This document shows, in pieces, positions 25,424-38,207 of a stretch of 64,000 nt of DNA. Position 1 is the first letter of the stretch; each line of letters opens with the position of its first letter. A program made the position numbers and the translations under genes. Source of the stretch: Lama guanicoe (taxonomy: Eukaryota); the NCBI GenBank assembly GCA_013239625.1, contig MU054220.1, positions 4,771,328 to 4,835,327 on the forward strand, read 5' to 3'. The notes beneath the pieces are model-generated. The model was not told the origin of the DNA, did not search any database, and saw only the letters and a list, made by a program, of their open reading frames with translations.

Positions 25424-26954
25424 AAGCTATCAATAAACTTTTTTATTTCTTTTTAAAATTTTATGATAAATGACAGCTTCTGTGCTCCATTACCTACATG
25501 TATTTTAAAATTTAAGAAGAAAAGGCATTAGGAAATTCAAGACAGGGGAAACTGTTTTCCTCTTTTATTTAAATATTATTTCATTAAATGTGGTGTTGAG
25601 GTTCAGAGGTGGTGGAAGTCTAAAGGATAAACTTATTGTAAGTCCCTACTACATTAAAAAAAAACAAACAAAAAATATTTTTGCCAAAAAACAAAGCAAT
25701 AAACAGTCTCTGTTTAGTGTCATGTATAATCTTTTTATAAGTATAAGTTTTATAAATAAAACAACCTATTTTGATGTATTATATTAAAATCTATACACTT
25801 GGTAATCCATGAGCATATACAGAAAGGAAAAATACAGATGAAATTAACCTAGGGCTAAAACATAAACTCTTAAAATTTATGTTAGTTAAAAAAAATGTGC
25901 TCAGTTTAAAATTGTATCTGGAAAAACATTTTGACTGAAAATTATATTTCTAACTAAAAAAGAGATTTTGTAACTAAAAGAGAGGTCTTATTTTTAAATT
26001 AAGGAATGAGTTTATAAATAGCAGAAGAAAACGGCATACCTCCCCAAAATAAGCACATTAATGAATAGCATATCGCTCTCTATGGAAAGTTATATTTGCT
26101 TTGCGCACAAGAAAATTAATGTTTTGTAACCATAAATAAAATATCTCTTTAGATATTTGAGCTTTGGCTAAATGATGATCTTTAATGGGATAAATTGTCT
26201 TCAATGTTATACCAACTGATTATAGGAAACAAACAAACAAACAAAGCCCCCCCAAATTTCATGTTAAATCTCAGAGTAGCTGAGATGTAGCTCACTGAGA
26301 AACAAGATTTTCTATCATAAAATGAAAAAAAAATTGTACAGTGTGTTTTTGAAGGTTTATTTTCTTTTAAAAAACATTTTCCTTTCAGAATTCTAAAGCA
26401 TGATTTAAAAACATTCGAAACCTAAGAGCTAATCTTCAAAAGAGTAGTAAGCTTGTATTTGTATTTTTTAAGTATCATTTGTTTGTTATTTGAAGAGATA
26501 GCAACTGTTTTCATGACTGCTTCGTATTTAAATGTAAATATGTCTTGTGTAAAACTACCTGAAATAAGTTTCTTTCTGGACAAACTTCCTGAAGGGTAAG
26601 TTTAAGAGGGAAATAGCTATACATTGGAGAGTTTCATAAGGCCTGCAAATACATGAAAACACTAAATTAGTGTTACAGCCTAAAATGCTTTCTTAATATT
26701 TTAATTTTAATTCTTTAACATTTTAATCAGCAAATTTTAATTCAAGAAGCTATCAATAAATTTTTTTATTTCTTTTTAAAATTTTATGATAAATGACAGC
26801 TTCTGTGCTCCATTACCTACATGTATTTTAAAATTTAAGAAGAAAAGGCATTAGGAAATTCAAGACAGGGGAAACTGTTTTCCTCTTTTATTTAAATATT
26901 ATTTCATTAAATGTGGTGTTGAGGTTCAGAGGTGGTGGAAGTCTAAAGGATAAA
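25424..26954 (+). repeat. 208-bp direct repeat (25424-25631 and 26747-26954)
   Basis: The two copies are identical except one C/T in the T-run after caataaa. Confidence 0.95.
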
Positions 26955-27649
26955 GTTTGGAGGGCTATAACTCATTCACCCTTCCTTTTCAAAATCAATT
27001 TATAGGCTGCCAATTTAGTTACTGCCCTTTAATCAGCTGAGAATTACAGAACTTCCCAGACAATTTCATTTTGGGTCATAGAATCCCCCATCTCTAGCAA
27101 GAGAGTTTTCTGCTGTTTTTCTTATCCTTGACCCAGTATTCTTACAATAAATTCAAAGGGTGAAGGAGACTCCTTAATTAAAAAAAAAATCGCTTATTCT
27201 ACTTTGAAATAAATAGTGAAACTCTTCCTTTACTTGATTTTTTTTTTTCCCTACTAACCTAAGGTCTGGGCCTTAAAGATGAGTCCACCCTGGGGACCAT
27301 GACTCCTTACAGGGTCAATCTAAATAATTTGCCTGTTGAGATATTAAAGGATCAATGGGGGACAAATCATTGCAGTTTGAATGACAGCTCTCCTCAGAGG
27401 CCAAGGAGCCCTGAGCAATTTCCCCTCATACTATCACTATTTGTCCAGCTCCAGACCAGTTCCCAGGTGAATTCATAACGTCGGGGAAATCTCGGTATCA
27501 CCCCAGCACTCCGTGACTTTAGACTCATCTCCCACTTCACGACACCTAGTGATTTCATCTGCTTCCTTATTCCTATTTCAACTCTTCCAACTAGTCCAGG
27601 ACTCCCTCTAGACCCTGGATCTGCAGGGATCCAACTGAACTCTTAACAG

Positions 27650-27890
27650 TTCATATTGGTTGAGTACACACTACACGCCTGAAATATCAGATTGCATATT
27701 TACTGATATCTCATTTCTTCTTCCTAACAACCTTTTGAAAATAGGTACTTGAATATCTCATTTTACAGATGAGGAAACTGACTCACAGATATAACTTGCC
27801 CAAAGGCACGTAGCTGAAAACAGCAGAACTGGCAAGTAAACCCAGGTCTCACTGGCCTCAAAGCCCATGGCTCCTGACCATTAGGTCGCA
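27650..27890 (-). mobile_element. MIR
   Basis: ctcattttacagatgaggaaactgac...aacttgcccaaaggcacgtagct...aacccaggtct. Confidence 0.75.
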
Positions 27891-28634
27891 CTGCTTCTTC
27901 AAATTATGCTGCTTTTATCTGCCCCTTAAAAGACTGCAAAGAAGAGAAAGCAAGGATCACTATGTAGAATACATTTGACATATCCCCGAGCTTTTTTACT
28001 GTGATTTTTCAAAAAGAAAGAGAAGAAAAGTCATTGCATAGAGTTGATGGGTAGTGTGTGGACGAAAATGTAGAAAGGTTTGTGGAGAAGGCTCCTGTTC
28101 CTATGAAAATTAAATAAAATACATAATGAATAAGCAAAAATAGGACCATCTTTTGGAATGGCCACAGATGTGCTCTACAGGTTCCGGGGTACAATTGGTA
28201 GCCCCGGGCCCTTTTTCTCTAATGTTACAGACAATTGTAGAGACTACATCAGATTCTTCCTATAACCACCCTGCAATTTGTAGCCAAGACTTAAAAGACA
28301 TGCCTGATAAGACTCAGTGAATTAAAGGGAAGAAAGCAAAGATTATTTTTTGTTGGGGGGAGCTAAGAGGAGACAAAAAGATTTATAAGGCAGGGAAGAG
28401 TGAAGCTGGAGGAAGGAAAGAACGAAGACAAAATATTTATGAAAAAGAAAGAAAAAACCTCATTTATGACAGCAAACAGTGTTATCTATTCTTGTCCTTC
28501 TATTGTTTCTTTACTCTTTCATTGGTGGGAATTACCTAAGCTCTGAAAATGTACGACTGGACCTAAGCTGAAAGTAAAAGATGAATGGTAAGTATTCCAG
28601 GTGAATTGTTTTTTTCTCCCTCATCATAAAGTTT

Positions 28635-28775
28635 AGAAAGAAAGAAAGAAAGAAAAAAGGAGGAAAGAAAGAAAAGGAAGGAAGGAAGGAAGGAAGGAAG
28701 GAAGGAAGGAAGAAAGAAAGAAAGAAAGAGAAAAGAAAGAAAGAAAAGAAAGAAAGAAAAGAAAGAAAGAAAAGT
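28635..28775. repeat. (GAAA)n/(GGAA)n compound microsatellite
   Basis: Seen directly in the sequence. Confidence 0.95.
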
Positions 28776-29109
28776 AAAAAGGGAGCCATTTGCAAAAACA
28801 ATTGTGATTAAATTCAATAGATTTTTAAAAGAACTTGAAAGCAAGGAATTAAAGAGGAATGAAACTACAAAGAGATAATCTTTGTGTAGGGATGCATCAA
28901 GTGGAGAAAAAGATTTTCCTATCAGCCCTTCTGATTTGTTCCCAGCCGGGTAATCCTGAGCACTGGCAGGCTATGGAGGAAATGGACAGATGCTTTCAGA
29001 AAAGATTATCTTTTATCTGTTGCTCAGGGAATAGCTCTGGTCCTATGACTGCTGATTCCATGATCTAAGCCTTGTATGCCACTGCTATATGTGTCAGGCA
29101 GGGGGGAAA

Positions 29110-29280
29110 AAACCCCATAATAATAACAACAACAACAACTCACATTTATTGAGCACTGACTAGGTACAAAGCTCTTTACATACATCATCTCATTTAATCC
29201 TCGCCAAAACCTTATGGTTGCTATTGTTACCCCCATTTTACAGATAGGAAAACTGAGAAAATGAAAAGACCAGCTTGCAC
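29110..29280 (-). mobile_element. MIR
   Basis: catttattgagcact...catcatctcatttaatcctc...cccattttacagataggaaaactgag. Confidence 0.75.
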
Positions 29281-30364
29281 TTAGTTGACTCTTTCTATTC
29301 TTTAGCCTCAGCACCAGCGATCTGTCGCTTTCTTGCTTAAGAAGAAATTCACACACTTTGTTGGATCCTCCCACTATCTACCTCCCACAATCTACCACAG
29401 AGTTTTTATAAATTCAGATCCTAATTCAGGCCTTTCATTTCCAAAGTCATTTCCCAGCAATGACTTCCACTGGCTGTTCACCCTGGGAGTATTGAAAGAA
29501 GAGCATCTAGCTCTCCCTGAAAGTAAAGTTTGCATTAGTAGCTGATTAGTACTACAGTCCGTGAATGCCCTTTGCCCTAAATGAGAAAGGTCAGGCCTTC
29601 CTCGCTGCAAGGAGGAATTTTGAGGTCACTGAGAGCAGGGAAGGAAGAAGCTTTGAAAGACTCAGAACGAGGGCAAAACCTGGGCACACTGTCCTCTCCG
29701 TGTCTGTTTTGAGCCTTAAAGACTTCCAATTTCTCCTTTACTGAAGACCTCAGCAGAACTGCCTGCCATAAAGCCTCTGGCTGTGCTACGTGGAAGCAGC
29801 CTACCATCCAACAGGGCCAGTTTACCAACCCAGTAATCCAACAAATGTACTGTTCCTTTCCCTCTCAAGGAATCCCTGTCCTGTCTAGCTCTGATTTTCC
29901 CTGGTAGTCAAAAGCACCAGAGAAAAATCCATCTTTGCAATGAGCCCTGATGTTGAGACATTACTGTCCGGCTCCAACACCGACCTCTCTTCCCCCTGCT
30001 AAATCACCAGACTTTGCCAAGAACATTTAGCTTAAAAGATGGATTGTCACTTCGAAATTCTGCAGGACCAAGCTAGATTTGGTCATCAAAATTTCTCATC
30101 TGCTTCTGTCCCTCAGCTCCATGCCTGCTTTGCCTTTTAGTTAGTGATTTTCTGTTCCTCATTTATTCTAGCCTTCAAAAGTATTAATTAAATTCCAAAT
30201 ATTTGTTTTCCCAAAAAGGGAGACCAAAAATCATGATAAAAATGCAACAGAATGCTGCTAGGAAAAGAGATGGGACAGCTAGGAACAAGACTTCATGATG
30301 CAGCTGAAGCTGCAAACCTTAATATGATAAAATATAGGACCTAGAGACTAACTAGATGAAAAAT

Positions 30365-30520
30365 GCTTAATTTGGGGTCCATGGAGTCTAGGGAGGTCAT
30401 GAGCTCCCTGAAATTGTATGTAAAATATCTGTATTTTTCTTTCTTTTTTTTTCCCCCCTCTTTCCTTTTCTTGTTTTGTTTTGTTTTTCTGGGGAAAAGG
30501 TTTGTAACGTCATTAGGTTA
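30365..30520. mobile_element. hAT-Charlie-like MITE remnant, followed by an L2 tail (~30540-30645)
   Basis: cttaatttggggtccatgga...ccctgaaattgtatgtaaaat...ttttctggggaaaagg resembles Charlie4z; then tagtaaggactcaataaa...aatgaatgaatgaa. Confidence 0.45.
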
Positions 30521-31744
30521 TCAAGGGGAGAATAATTTATTTATATCTCCAAATGCCTAGAATAAGCCCTGATACCTAGTAAGGACTCAATAAACATTCT
30601 GCTGAATAAACATTCAACATCTGTTGAATAAATGAATGAATGAAAGGGGTCTGAGCTCTAAAGCACCTAATTTTATAGATGGAGAAATAGACACCTAGGA
30701 AGGCTATAATTGCTCCCTCAGGGTCAGGAACCTAAGTAGTCAGGACCACATAGAATTAGCTCTTTTAACTCTTTCCACCACTTGTCAATGTCATTGTTCT
30801 GCTTTTGAACCAACTTGTATCTTTCACTGCATTTCATTTTTCTTCCTTGCAACCTGTTTCTTTTTAAGCAGAGGAATGCATCTTATTTCCTAGTCAGAAG
30901 TTACCAGTAGATGCACATTCCCAAGAGGACGTAGGGAAGCAAACAGTGGGGGCAGTCTATGAGGTAGGCCATCAGGATAAGTTATGGGTGGCAGCACAGG
31001 AAGCATGGGCTGAGGACATGATTAATAATGGCATCAAAACGGCTGTCATTGATGGAAACATGGAAAGCTGAAATAGTGGAGTTAGATCTAGGGGTTGGCA
31101 GTAAATCTTAAGCTTAAAACTGAGCAGGCTAAGCCACTGTCCTAGGAGCAGGTGACCTGTGGCATTCTAAAAGATATCTGAGGGACAAGGACCAAATGGA
31201 TCCCTGCTTGGTTGGAAAGCTCCTTCTGAGGGCCTTCCTTGATTGTAAAGTAATTAAGAGATCCCAGGAGAATTCATTCGGGCCTTACTACCCTCTAACA
31301 GCTCACAGTCAAGCCTGGCAGGTGAGAAGAATGAGACTTAAACTACCACCCAGAGGAGAGAAATAAGGGGGAGCCTAGGCCTTCTGGAACTGCTTCATGC
31401 TAGAAGTTCTGAGAGAAAACAGTACTCAGATTCCGTGACACAGCAAATTTCTGGTGCTGATGACTTCCTAAGCAGATTGAGGCCAACATGGAGGCTCTGA
31501 GGTCTAGGCCACATTAGAGGCGAGAGAGGAGCCCTGCCCAACCTAGTGATGCTCCCAGAATGCTAACTGCTAGCAGAAGAAATTTTAGGTAAACTCTTCT
31601 TTAAACTCCAGCATCCTAAATACAAGTCATTTTGAAAGGGAAACTGTTACAATACTCTGGGTTGCATTTATGGATTATCTGCATTATTTGGTAGTGATAA
31701 GTATTATTTAGTAAGAAAAAAAAAGGAAGAATCCAGAGTAGACA

Positions 31745-31870
31745 GTAAACAGCCTGGGTAAGAGCTCCAGCTGTGTGACCTTGGTAAAAATCACTTAACC
31801 TCTCTGAACCTCTGTTTCTTAAAATAAAAATATTGCTCCATATATCCTCTATAGCTCTTTCCAGCTTTTG
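31745..31870 (+). mobile_element. MIR fragment
   Basis: agctgtgtgaccttggtaaaaatcacttaacctctctgaacctctgtttc. Confidence 0.7.
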
Positions 31871-33741
31871 CATGCTACGTACTAGATCTAAGTTTGAGGT
31901 CTGAGGTTTAACCCAGATTTTTCAAATGTGATTAGAAGAGGTTACCCTGCAGGTAAGAAACTCTCATCCTCTCCAATATGATATTCTTAGATTTCTCTAC
32001 AAAGTAATTGAAATACCAATCAAAGGGGGAGAACTGGGGAGACGTTAACCTCTCGAAGTGAACAACAGCCCTGTTGCTCCAACAAAGACGCTGCAAACTT
32101 CAGATCCTTATATTCAAAAGGGGAATTTAAAAGACATTAAGTTCAGCCAATGATATGAAGATCTCACCCTCGCTTTACATGGTGGGATTATAGGGGACTC
32201 CAGTCCATTGATTTATTATTAAAGTTCCACTCTCAAAATGTAAACATTTCACAAAACCCATGCAGCAGCAGTTTAACTAATACAGCAATAGGTCTATTGT
32301 ACAGTGATCTGAAGGTCGTCCTTGGAGTGCACATCTCTTCTGCCACAAGCCTCAAGTGTCCCTCCAAGATTTCTGGCGGTTTTCTACATTTTGCTCACAT
32401 CACAGCCAAAGATTCATCAGGTAGCTTGGTTTCTCCCTACCTCACAAAGCCAACAGCCCTGGGGTTTCAAAATTCTCTGCCGAGCTCTGAACTGAATTCC
32501 CCAATAAGAATCACAGTATGACTCTAAAGCTCAGAAAGGCAGCTAAACAAAAGCTCCGTAGCAAAGGGTTTTGCTGATTAATAGGAAAAGCAAATGTTTT
32601 TAGCATTTAATACCTTACTCCTCAAAAAAAGAAAAAGGAAAAGGAAAAATGGGCGGGGGGATAACCTAAAACTTTTCCTCTTTCCTACGATGAACTTCAA
32701 TTAAGGAGACATATAGTGTTTTGGTTTCCTCAGAAAAACCAAGTTCAGCCACTAATTGACCTTCAACTCTACACCTCTCCTGGGCCCCTGAGAAGTCTGA
32801 CATAGCCCAAGGACATGGGGGCAGAGAGGCAACTGTGTGTCCCACTGAGGAAGGCCCGTACCCCTCAGTCCTGGGGCTGGGGGCTTCCAAACACCCAGGC
32901 CCAAGTCCTGATAGGGGATAAGACAGGAAGGGGGCCTGCTTCATGGGATGCTGGTCCCTACTTATGACCTCTGTGGTGGACGCGTTTCTTTGCCAAAGGC
33001 TAAGCCAATGAGGACTATTTCCAAGCACTGGATGCCTGGTTTCCCTGTGTCTCATCACCAAGTGTGGCGTGTACACACATCACCCAGGCCAAGGGGCCAT
33101 GGACTGAGGTATCTTTGCACTCACCTGGGACTCTAGAGCTCATCTGTCCAGACTCTTCAGCAACTGTTGCTTCTGAGACCCCTTCCTTCAGTTGCCACTC
33201 CTCATGCAGACCTCCAGGTGCCAAGACAGGTTTGATCACCTGAAAGTGCAAAGATGGGCAAGGTTACTTTGCTGGTTCTGGAGGAGAATGAGAGAGTTTG
33301 GGAGCTGGGACATTTTGCAGGAAATCAAGGAGTAGGGAGGCTACAGAGAAGGAAAAGTGTAGAGGGAGCATGTCTGGGCCAAGAGCTACAAAGCAGGGGT
33401 GCTGAAGCAAGAGAAGAGCTTTTCCGAGATGCCCATGAAGCCCCCAGGTTTGAGAAGTCCCTGGGACAGAGCAGAGGGTCTGGCCTGAGATTCCAGCAAG
33501 TGAGCCCTGTGTCTTTGACTTGATGCCTTCCTCTGCTTCCAGCCTAAGTCAGGTAAGGCAGGGACTCAAAGCAACCACAGGTCTTGGAAAGAGGACAGAA
33601 GGGACAAAAGCACCAAACCAGGAGATGAAAGCTAGCTCTGGCCAGGGGTAGAGGAGGAGAGGCAGAGGGGGCACAGTGCAGGTGCAGAGCAGCCAAAAGT
33701 GGGCCTGAGGGTGAGAGCATGCAGAAACCACCAGCCTGGCC

Positions 33742-33758
33742 CAGCCACTAGGGGGCAG
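33742..33758 (+). promoter_or_regulatory. CTCF motif
   Basis: cagCCACTAGGGGGCAg matches the CTCF core CCASYAGRKGGCR. Confidence 0.65.
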
Positions 33759-34269
33759 GTGGCGGGGTGGGGGCTCCGTGGCGCCTTCACCCCTTCCTTA
33801 GCTGCAGAGACCACCCCTGGTCTTGATTTTCTAACATAGGCAAAAGCTAAGCTAGTTGAGGGGCTCGAGGCACCAGGTAACCACAGCGGCTCTCTGGACA
33901 CTTCTCACTCCCCACGGAGAAGCAGACTGGGGTGAGGGTCTCTAGCTGCTACCCCCTTCCCTTTAGAGGCTCCAGAGTTTGCATCAGACACAAGTGCCTG
34001 GAAGTTTCCATTAGGCCCGTGGTTTGCTGGGTGACGTGGCTTTTTCAAAAGGTGTGTGCGTTAGCAGTTTGAGGGTTCAGAGCGATCCCTCCCCCTTTGC
34101 CCTTCTTCCTCAGCAAAGGCAAAGTGGGGAGAAAGGGGGAGACCAGCTCCCACTGGCCCCAGGCTGCGGCAACTACCTTAAGGAGGAAAGGAACGATGTA
34201 CGAAAAGCCACCGATTTTCACTTATGGTGAAGGGAGAGGGGAGGGGGGCTTTCCTCTGATCCCACTCAG

Positions 34270-34560
34270 AATGAGGCACCCCTGTCCGCAAGCCCCCGGC
34301 CCGGATCAGAAGTGAGCACCCCTAGCCCCGGCGTGCGGCCGCCCCAGCAGCCGCTCTGCAGCAGCAGTAGCTTCCTCAAGGCAGCAACAGTTGTCTGGCT
34401 GAGGCGAGGCGAGGCGAGGACTCGCTCGGGCGCGCACGACGCCGGCTTCGGCCGGATGCTCCTGGGCCCTGGAGCCCCAGCCTCAAACCTAGCCAAGGTG
34501 GGAGAAGTAAGGGCACCAGGGGTGCCATAACCCTCAGCCGCCTGCACTCAGGTGGCTCAA
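34270..34560. promoter_or_regulatory. small CpG-rich segment downstream of mir-129-2
   Basis: Local CpG cluster (ggcgtgcggccgcc, gggcgcgcacgacgccggc). Confidence 0.5.
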
Positions 34561-35599
34561 CCCCTTTGTGCAAGTTCACTTCGCTTAGGTCACTTCTCTC
34601 CAAAATCTGGTGGAGATTCTGGCTTATGGAGAGAAGGAGGGCTTTCTGGCTGGGGGTAGAAGGGGGATGTAAGAAGCAAAAGACAAAAGAGGAGCTCGAG
34701 GGACACAGGGTGAAGCTATTTTTAATCTAGCGTGGCTCTTACGCCTCTCCCTGCGCGAAACTATCGCTCCACAGACGGCCCCAGGTGAGAGACACGAGGA
34801 ACTCCCCCCAGAGCTTTTGCTTTTGCTCCATCCCCTTCGCAGATCTTAGAGACCCTTTTACTCTTCCAGAAAATGCAAGCAGGGAGGGAAAATCTCCTTT
34901 ATCTGGGGAGAGGGGCTCTGATTTAGCTCTGGAGCTTGGAGTCCTCGCTTTCGGTACCTTCTCGCAGGCTGAACTATATAAAAGATCGACTCTGTCCAGC
35001 GTTCTCGGACTTCGGAGCCCTTTTCCTTATTCGGGAGAGGGTAGACTCTGGGTACTTAGTTAACGGAGAGGGGAATGACGGTGGGCGTTTAGTTTACTGG
35101 AAGAACGGAGGTTGGGGTGCAGGGGGAATTCAGGGCCTCCCCGAAAACGGGAAGCTTCGCAGTCCTCGGATCTTGGACTCTCATATCCCTAGATTCATCC
35201 TCTATCCGTGTCCATCCCTGTGGGCGCCCATATGTGTCTGTGTGTCCTTCTGGTCCAGTCCCTAAGGACGTCTATGTTTCTAGCTGACGAAGGGCATGGG
35301 GGCGTAGAGCATGGTGAAGGCCTGACTTGTGCCACTTGTAACCGAAGTGGTCACGACTGCAAGGGGTGGAAGGGGAGGAGGGGGACCCAAAGATGATCCT
35401 CAGTCCTGCAGCTCTGCTTCCCTCCCCAGGACTGGGCGACTAGGGAGGCCAGGTCTGGGCTGCTGCTGCTACTGAGCTTCTGAGTCGGGTGCAACTGCAC
35501 CTCTCAAAAGCTCCTTCTCTGCGGGGGTTTCCCCTGTTTTCGTGTGTTTTACCCCCTTCTGTGCTACTTAGTTTTGAAAAAGGCGAGATGGAGAGGACC

Positions 35600-36960
35600 C
35601 GAGGCTGCAAAACGCCTCAGATTAGGTTGGAAGCAGGTGTGGGGGGAAAGAAGGGGCTCCGGGGAGCCGGTGGTGCCTGGGTGTTCTCCCTCTTTTTCGG
35701 GGCTGCCCAGTGCACCACGGCTTGCCTCACCTCCGGGTCCCCCGCTAGGACAGGGGATGCTGAGGGCTTCCCCCCCTCCCTCAAGGGCTTTCCCACCCCT
35801 ATATTGCAGAGTTAGATCGTGAGGGTCAAAAAATGACCAGAAAATATCCTAAACTGACTCATATTCCAGATAGCGACTTGGCCCTAAGATCAGATATTTC
35901 TTCTTCTTCTTCTTCTTCTTCTTTTTTTTTTACAGTGGGTGAATGGGGTTATTCGGGGTGTGGGCGGGGGTTGGGGGTAAGACACAACTTGTGTAAACTT
36001 TTATTGTATTTTAGCTTCTTCCCACTTCGAAAACACAACGCACACTGCCTGCTCCGATTCCCCCTGTGATACAAAGTCGATTAAAAAGTTGGGGGGGGGA
36101 TCTGCGCGGAGGACAGGCGAGTGACCAAAGCCTCAGGGAGCGCGGGAAGGACGGGAGGCAAAGGATTGATTCTTCCATGGGAAACGGGGAGAGGGCTGGG
36201 AAAGGCTCGGACCGAGCCGCTTCAGGAAGGCGCGGGCTTCGCCGATCGCTGGTGGCTGCCGTCTTCTCGACGAGTGCGCCCCCCGCGAATGCTTTTTGGG
36301 GTAAGGGCTTCCGGCTATTGAGTTATGTACAGCAAGCCCAGACCGCAAAAAGATTCACGAAGGGCAGAGTCTGCCTGCTTCTTCAGTCCGCCGCCGCCGC
36401 CGCTTTCAGCCCAGGATGTCTCCGAACCCCGGAGCCGAGCAGGCTGGGTCTCCCCAGCGCGCTCCAACGCGGCTCAGCTTTCCCACCCCGTGCGCCGCCC
36501 GGCCCGCTTCTGCCCCTCCCTGCGCCCCTCGGATCCATCCCTCTATTTCTCCACACGGTCCTCGATCCCCCAACTCAGCCCGCTGAGCCGCGAGCGAGGT
36601 GTGTGGAGGGCGAGAGGAAGAGCACAGAGGGGGACCAGGGATCCCGGTGCCCAGCCTCCACCCCTCTCCGGTACTCCAGCACCCCAAGCCTCCCCGCCTA
36701 TCTGTCCTATCACCACCCTCTTTTCCCTATCAGGGTTCCAGCTAGCCCCGGCTGCAAGGTCGCGGATCTCCGAACAGGTACAGTTCGAATTCCCCCTAAA
36801 CCCCCTCTTGTCCCTCCTAGTCCCCCAGCCGAGGTTCCAGCCGTGACTACAGGCGCTGCGTAAAGAGAAAAACTCCCCCAGAGCACTAAATAAATACAGA
36901 CGAGGCCGCCAGCTGATTGGTGCGGACTAAAATCGTCACCCACCAATCAGGAGAGAGCTC
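35600..36960. promoter_or_regulatory. CpG island containing mir-129-2
   Basis: High GC and dense CpG (e.g. ccgccgccgccgc, cgcgagcg) relative to the CpG-poor left half of the window. Boundaries are approximate. Confidence 0.85.
36277..36366 (-). ncRNA. MIR129-2: pre-miR-129-2 hairpin (5p 36332-36352; 3p 36289-36310)
   Basis: Minus strand reads UGCCCUUCGUGAAU-CUUUUUGCGGUCUGGGCUUGC-UGUACAUAACUCAAUAGCCGG-AAGCCCUUACCCCAAAAAGCAU-UCGCGGGGGGCG. The 5p arm is miR-129-5p. The 3p end (...AAGCAU) and the loop identify paralogue -2 rather than -1. The arms are complementary. Confidence 0.98.
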
Positions 36961-38207
36961 ACTTTTTTTTTCAGAAGGGGGAGGGAGGAAAAAAATATTT
37001 CCATTTCTAATTATTCAACAAAACCCAGACTGGAATACGTTAAAATATTGTTGTTTGAAAAAAGCAGGCCAAGACCCCTGCCCCTGTTCTAGCCCAGGTG
37101 AGGGGGAGGGCGTGGGATATTGGGCAAGGGCGGAGGGGTTCAACAGAGCGACCTTTCCCAACCGGACCCAAGCCAGAAGATTCCGACGGAAAATGACAGG
37201 CCAAGATGAACATAAAATACATCCAAACTCCACGATAGTCAACCTATTTCTAGAAAAAAAAATGAGGATATCTCAATCCCCCCTTCCCCCGCAAAAAGTT
37301 CTGAATGCTCAATAGGAAGGGTGACATTCCTCCTTCCGCACCCTCTCTTCCAAACCTGTCTACATATTGGGTGTCTAATGGCCCACTTGCCTCAGGTGCC
37401 CTTTCACTGCTGCAATCCCCCTCCCCCAACTCCCTACCCATTCTGCAGACTGTTGAGGGGAACATCAAGGGGCGAGCCCCTCACTGACCGCCGGCTCCCA
37501 TAACGACGGGAGATTCCAGCATCTGCAGGAGGAAGGAGAGGGGAGGGGAAGGGAGACTAGGGTGGAAGGAGGAGGGAGATCTTTTTGCAACATTATCCCT
37601 CCTTCCCTCTTCCCTCTCTTCCTTTAGGCACCCTCTGCCATTCAGTCTATCCAAACTTTGAGGGGTTCTCCTCCTTCTCAGTGCAGCACCACCTTTTCCC
37701 CTGTCTTGTCTTCCTCCGCTCACTTGCTCCCCACCCCGCCATACTCCCTTCCCCGCCCCATCATTGTCCAAGAAGGGTCCAGGCAAAGGAACATTCGGAT
37801 CACCTCCCTCCCCAGTGGTACTCCCCCGTGGGGAAAAATTCAATCAGGGTGGGATGCTGCAAACATTGTAACAACTTAGGGGGAAAGTTGCCATATTTGT
37901 TCTTTGCCACCCTGGAATCGACGTGCGGACGGCGGCGGGCGCACGGGCACACTCTTGCTTGGCAAGCCCAGATTAAACGTATCTAGACTGTCTCCAAGTC
38001 TCTGTCGGCCCACCCCCTCCGCCGATCCATCACCCTCCGGCAGCTCTGCCACCCACCCACCCTCCCAGGGCATCCCCTCGGCTCGGCGACCAGCAGACGC
38101 ACGCACACACCCTCCGAGCGTCGACGCGCCCGCCGCGCCAGAGGGGGCTCCACAGTCCGCGCTCGCCGCGGCTGCAGCGCGGGCCACTAGGAAAAAAGTT
38201 CTACTCA

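Noticed and set aside
28532..28844. Phe/Ser/Leu-rich membrane-like ORFs
   Set aside because: Translations of the (GAAA)n/(GGAA)n microsatellite.
34376..34528. 50-aa minus-strand ORF MAPLVPLLLPPWLGLRLGLQ... with a signal-peptide-like start
   Set aside because: Short, no homologue I recognise, and easily produced by chance in GC-rich DNA. It would need Ribo-seq or codon-level conservation.
36066..36863. 265-aa plus-strand ORF and overlapping ORFs
   Set aside because: Non-ATG start, low-complexity P/A/R/G composition typical of CpG islands, antisense across the mir-129-2 hairpin, no recognisable domain.
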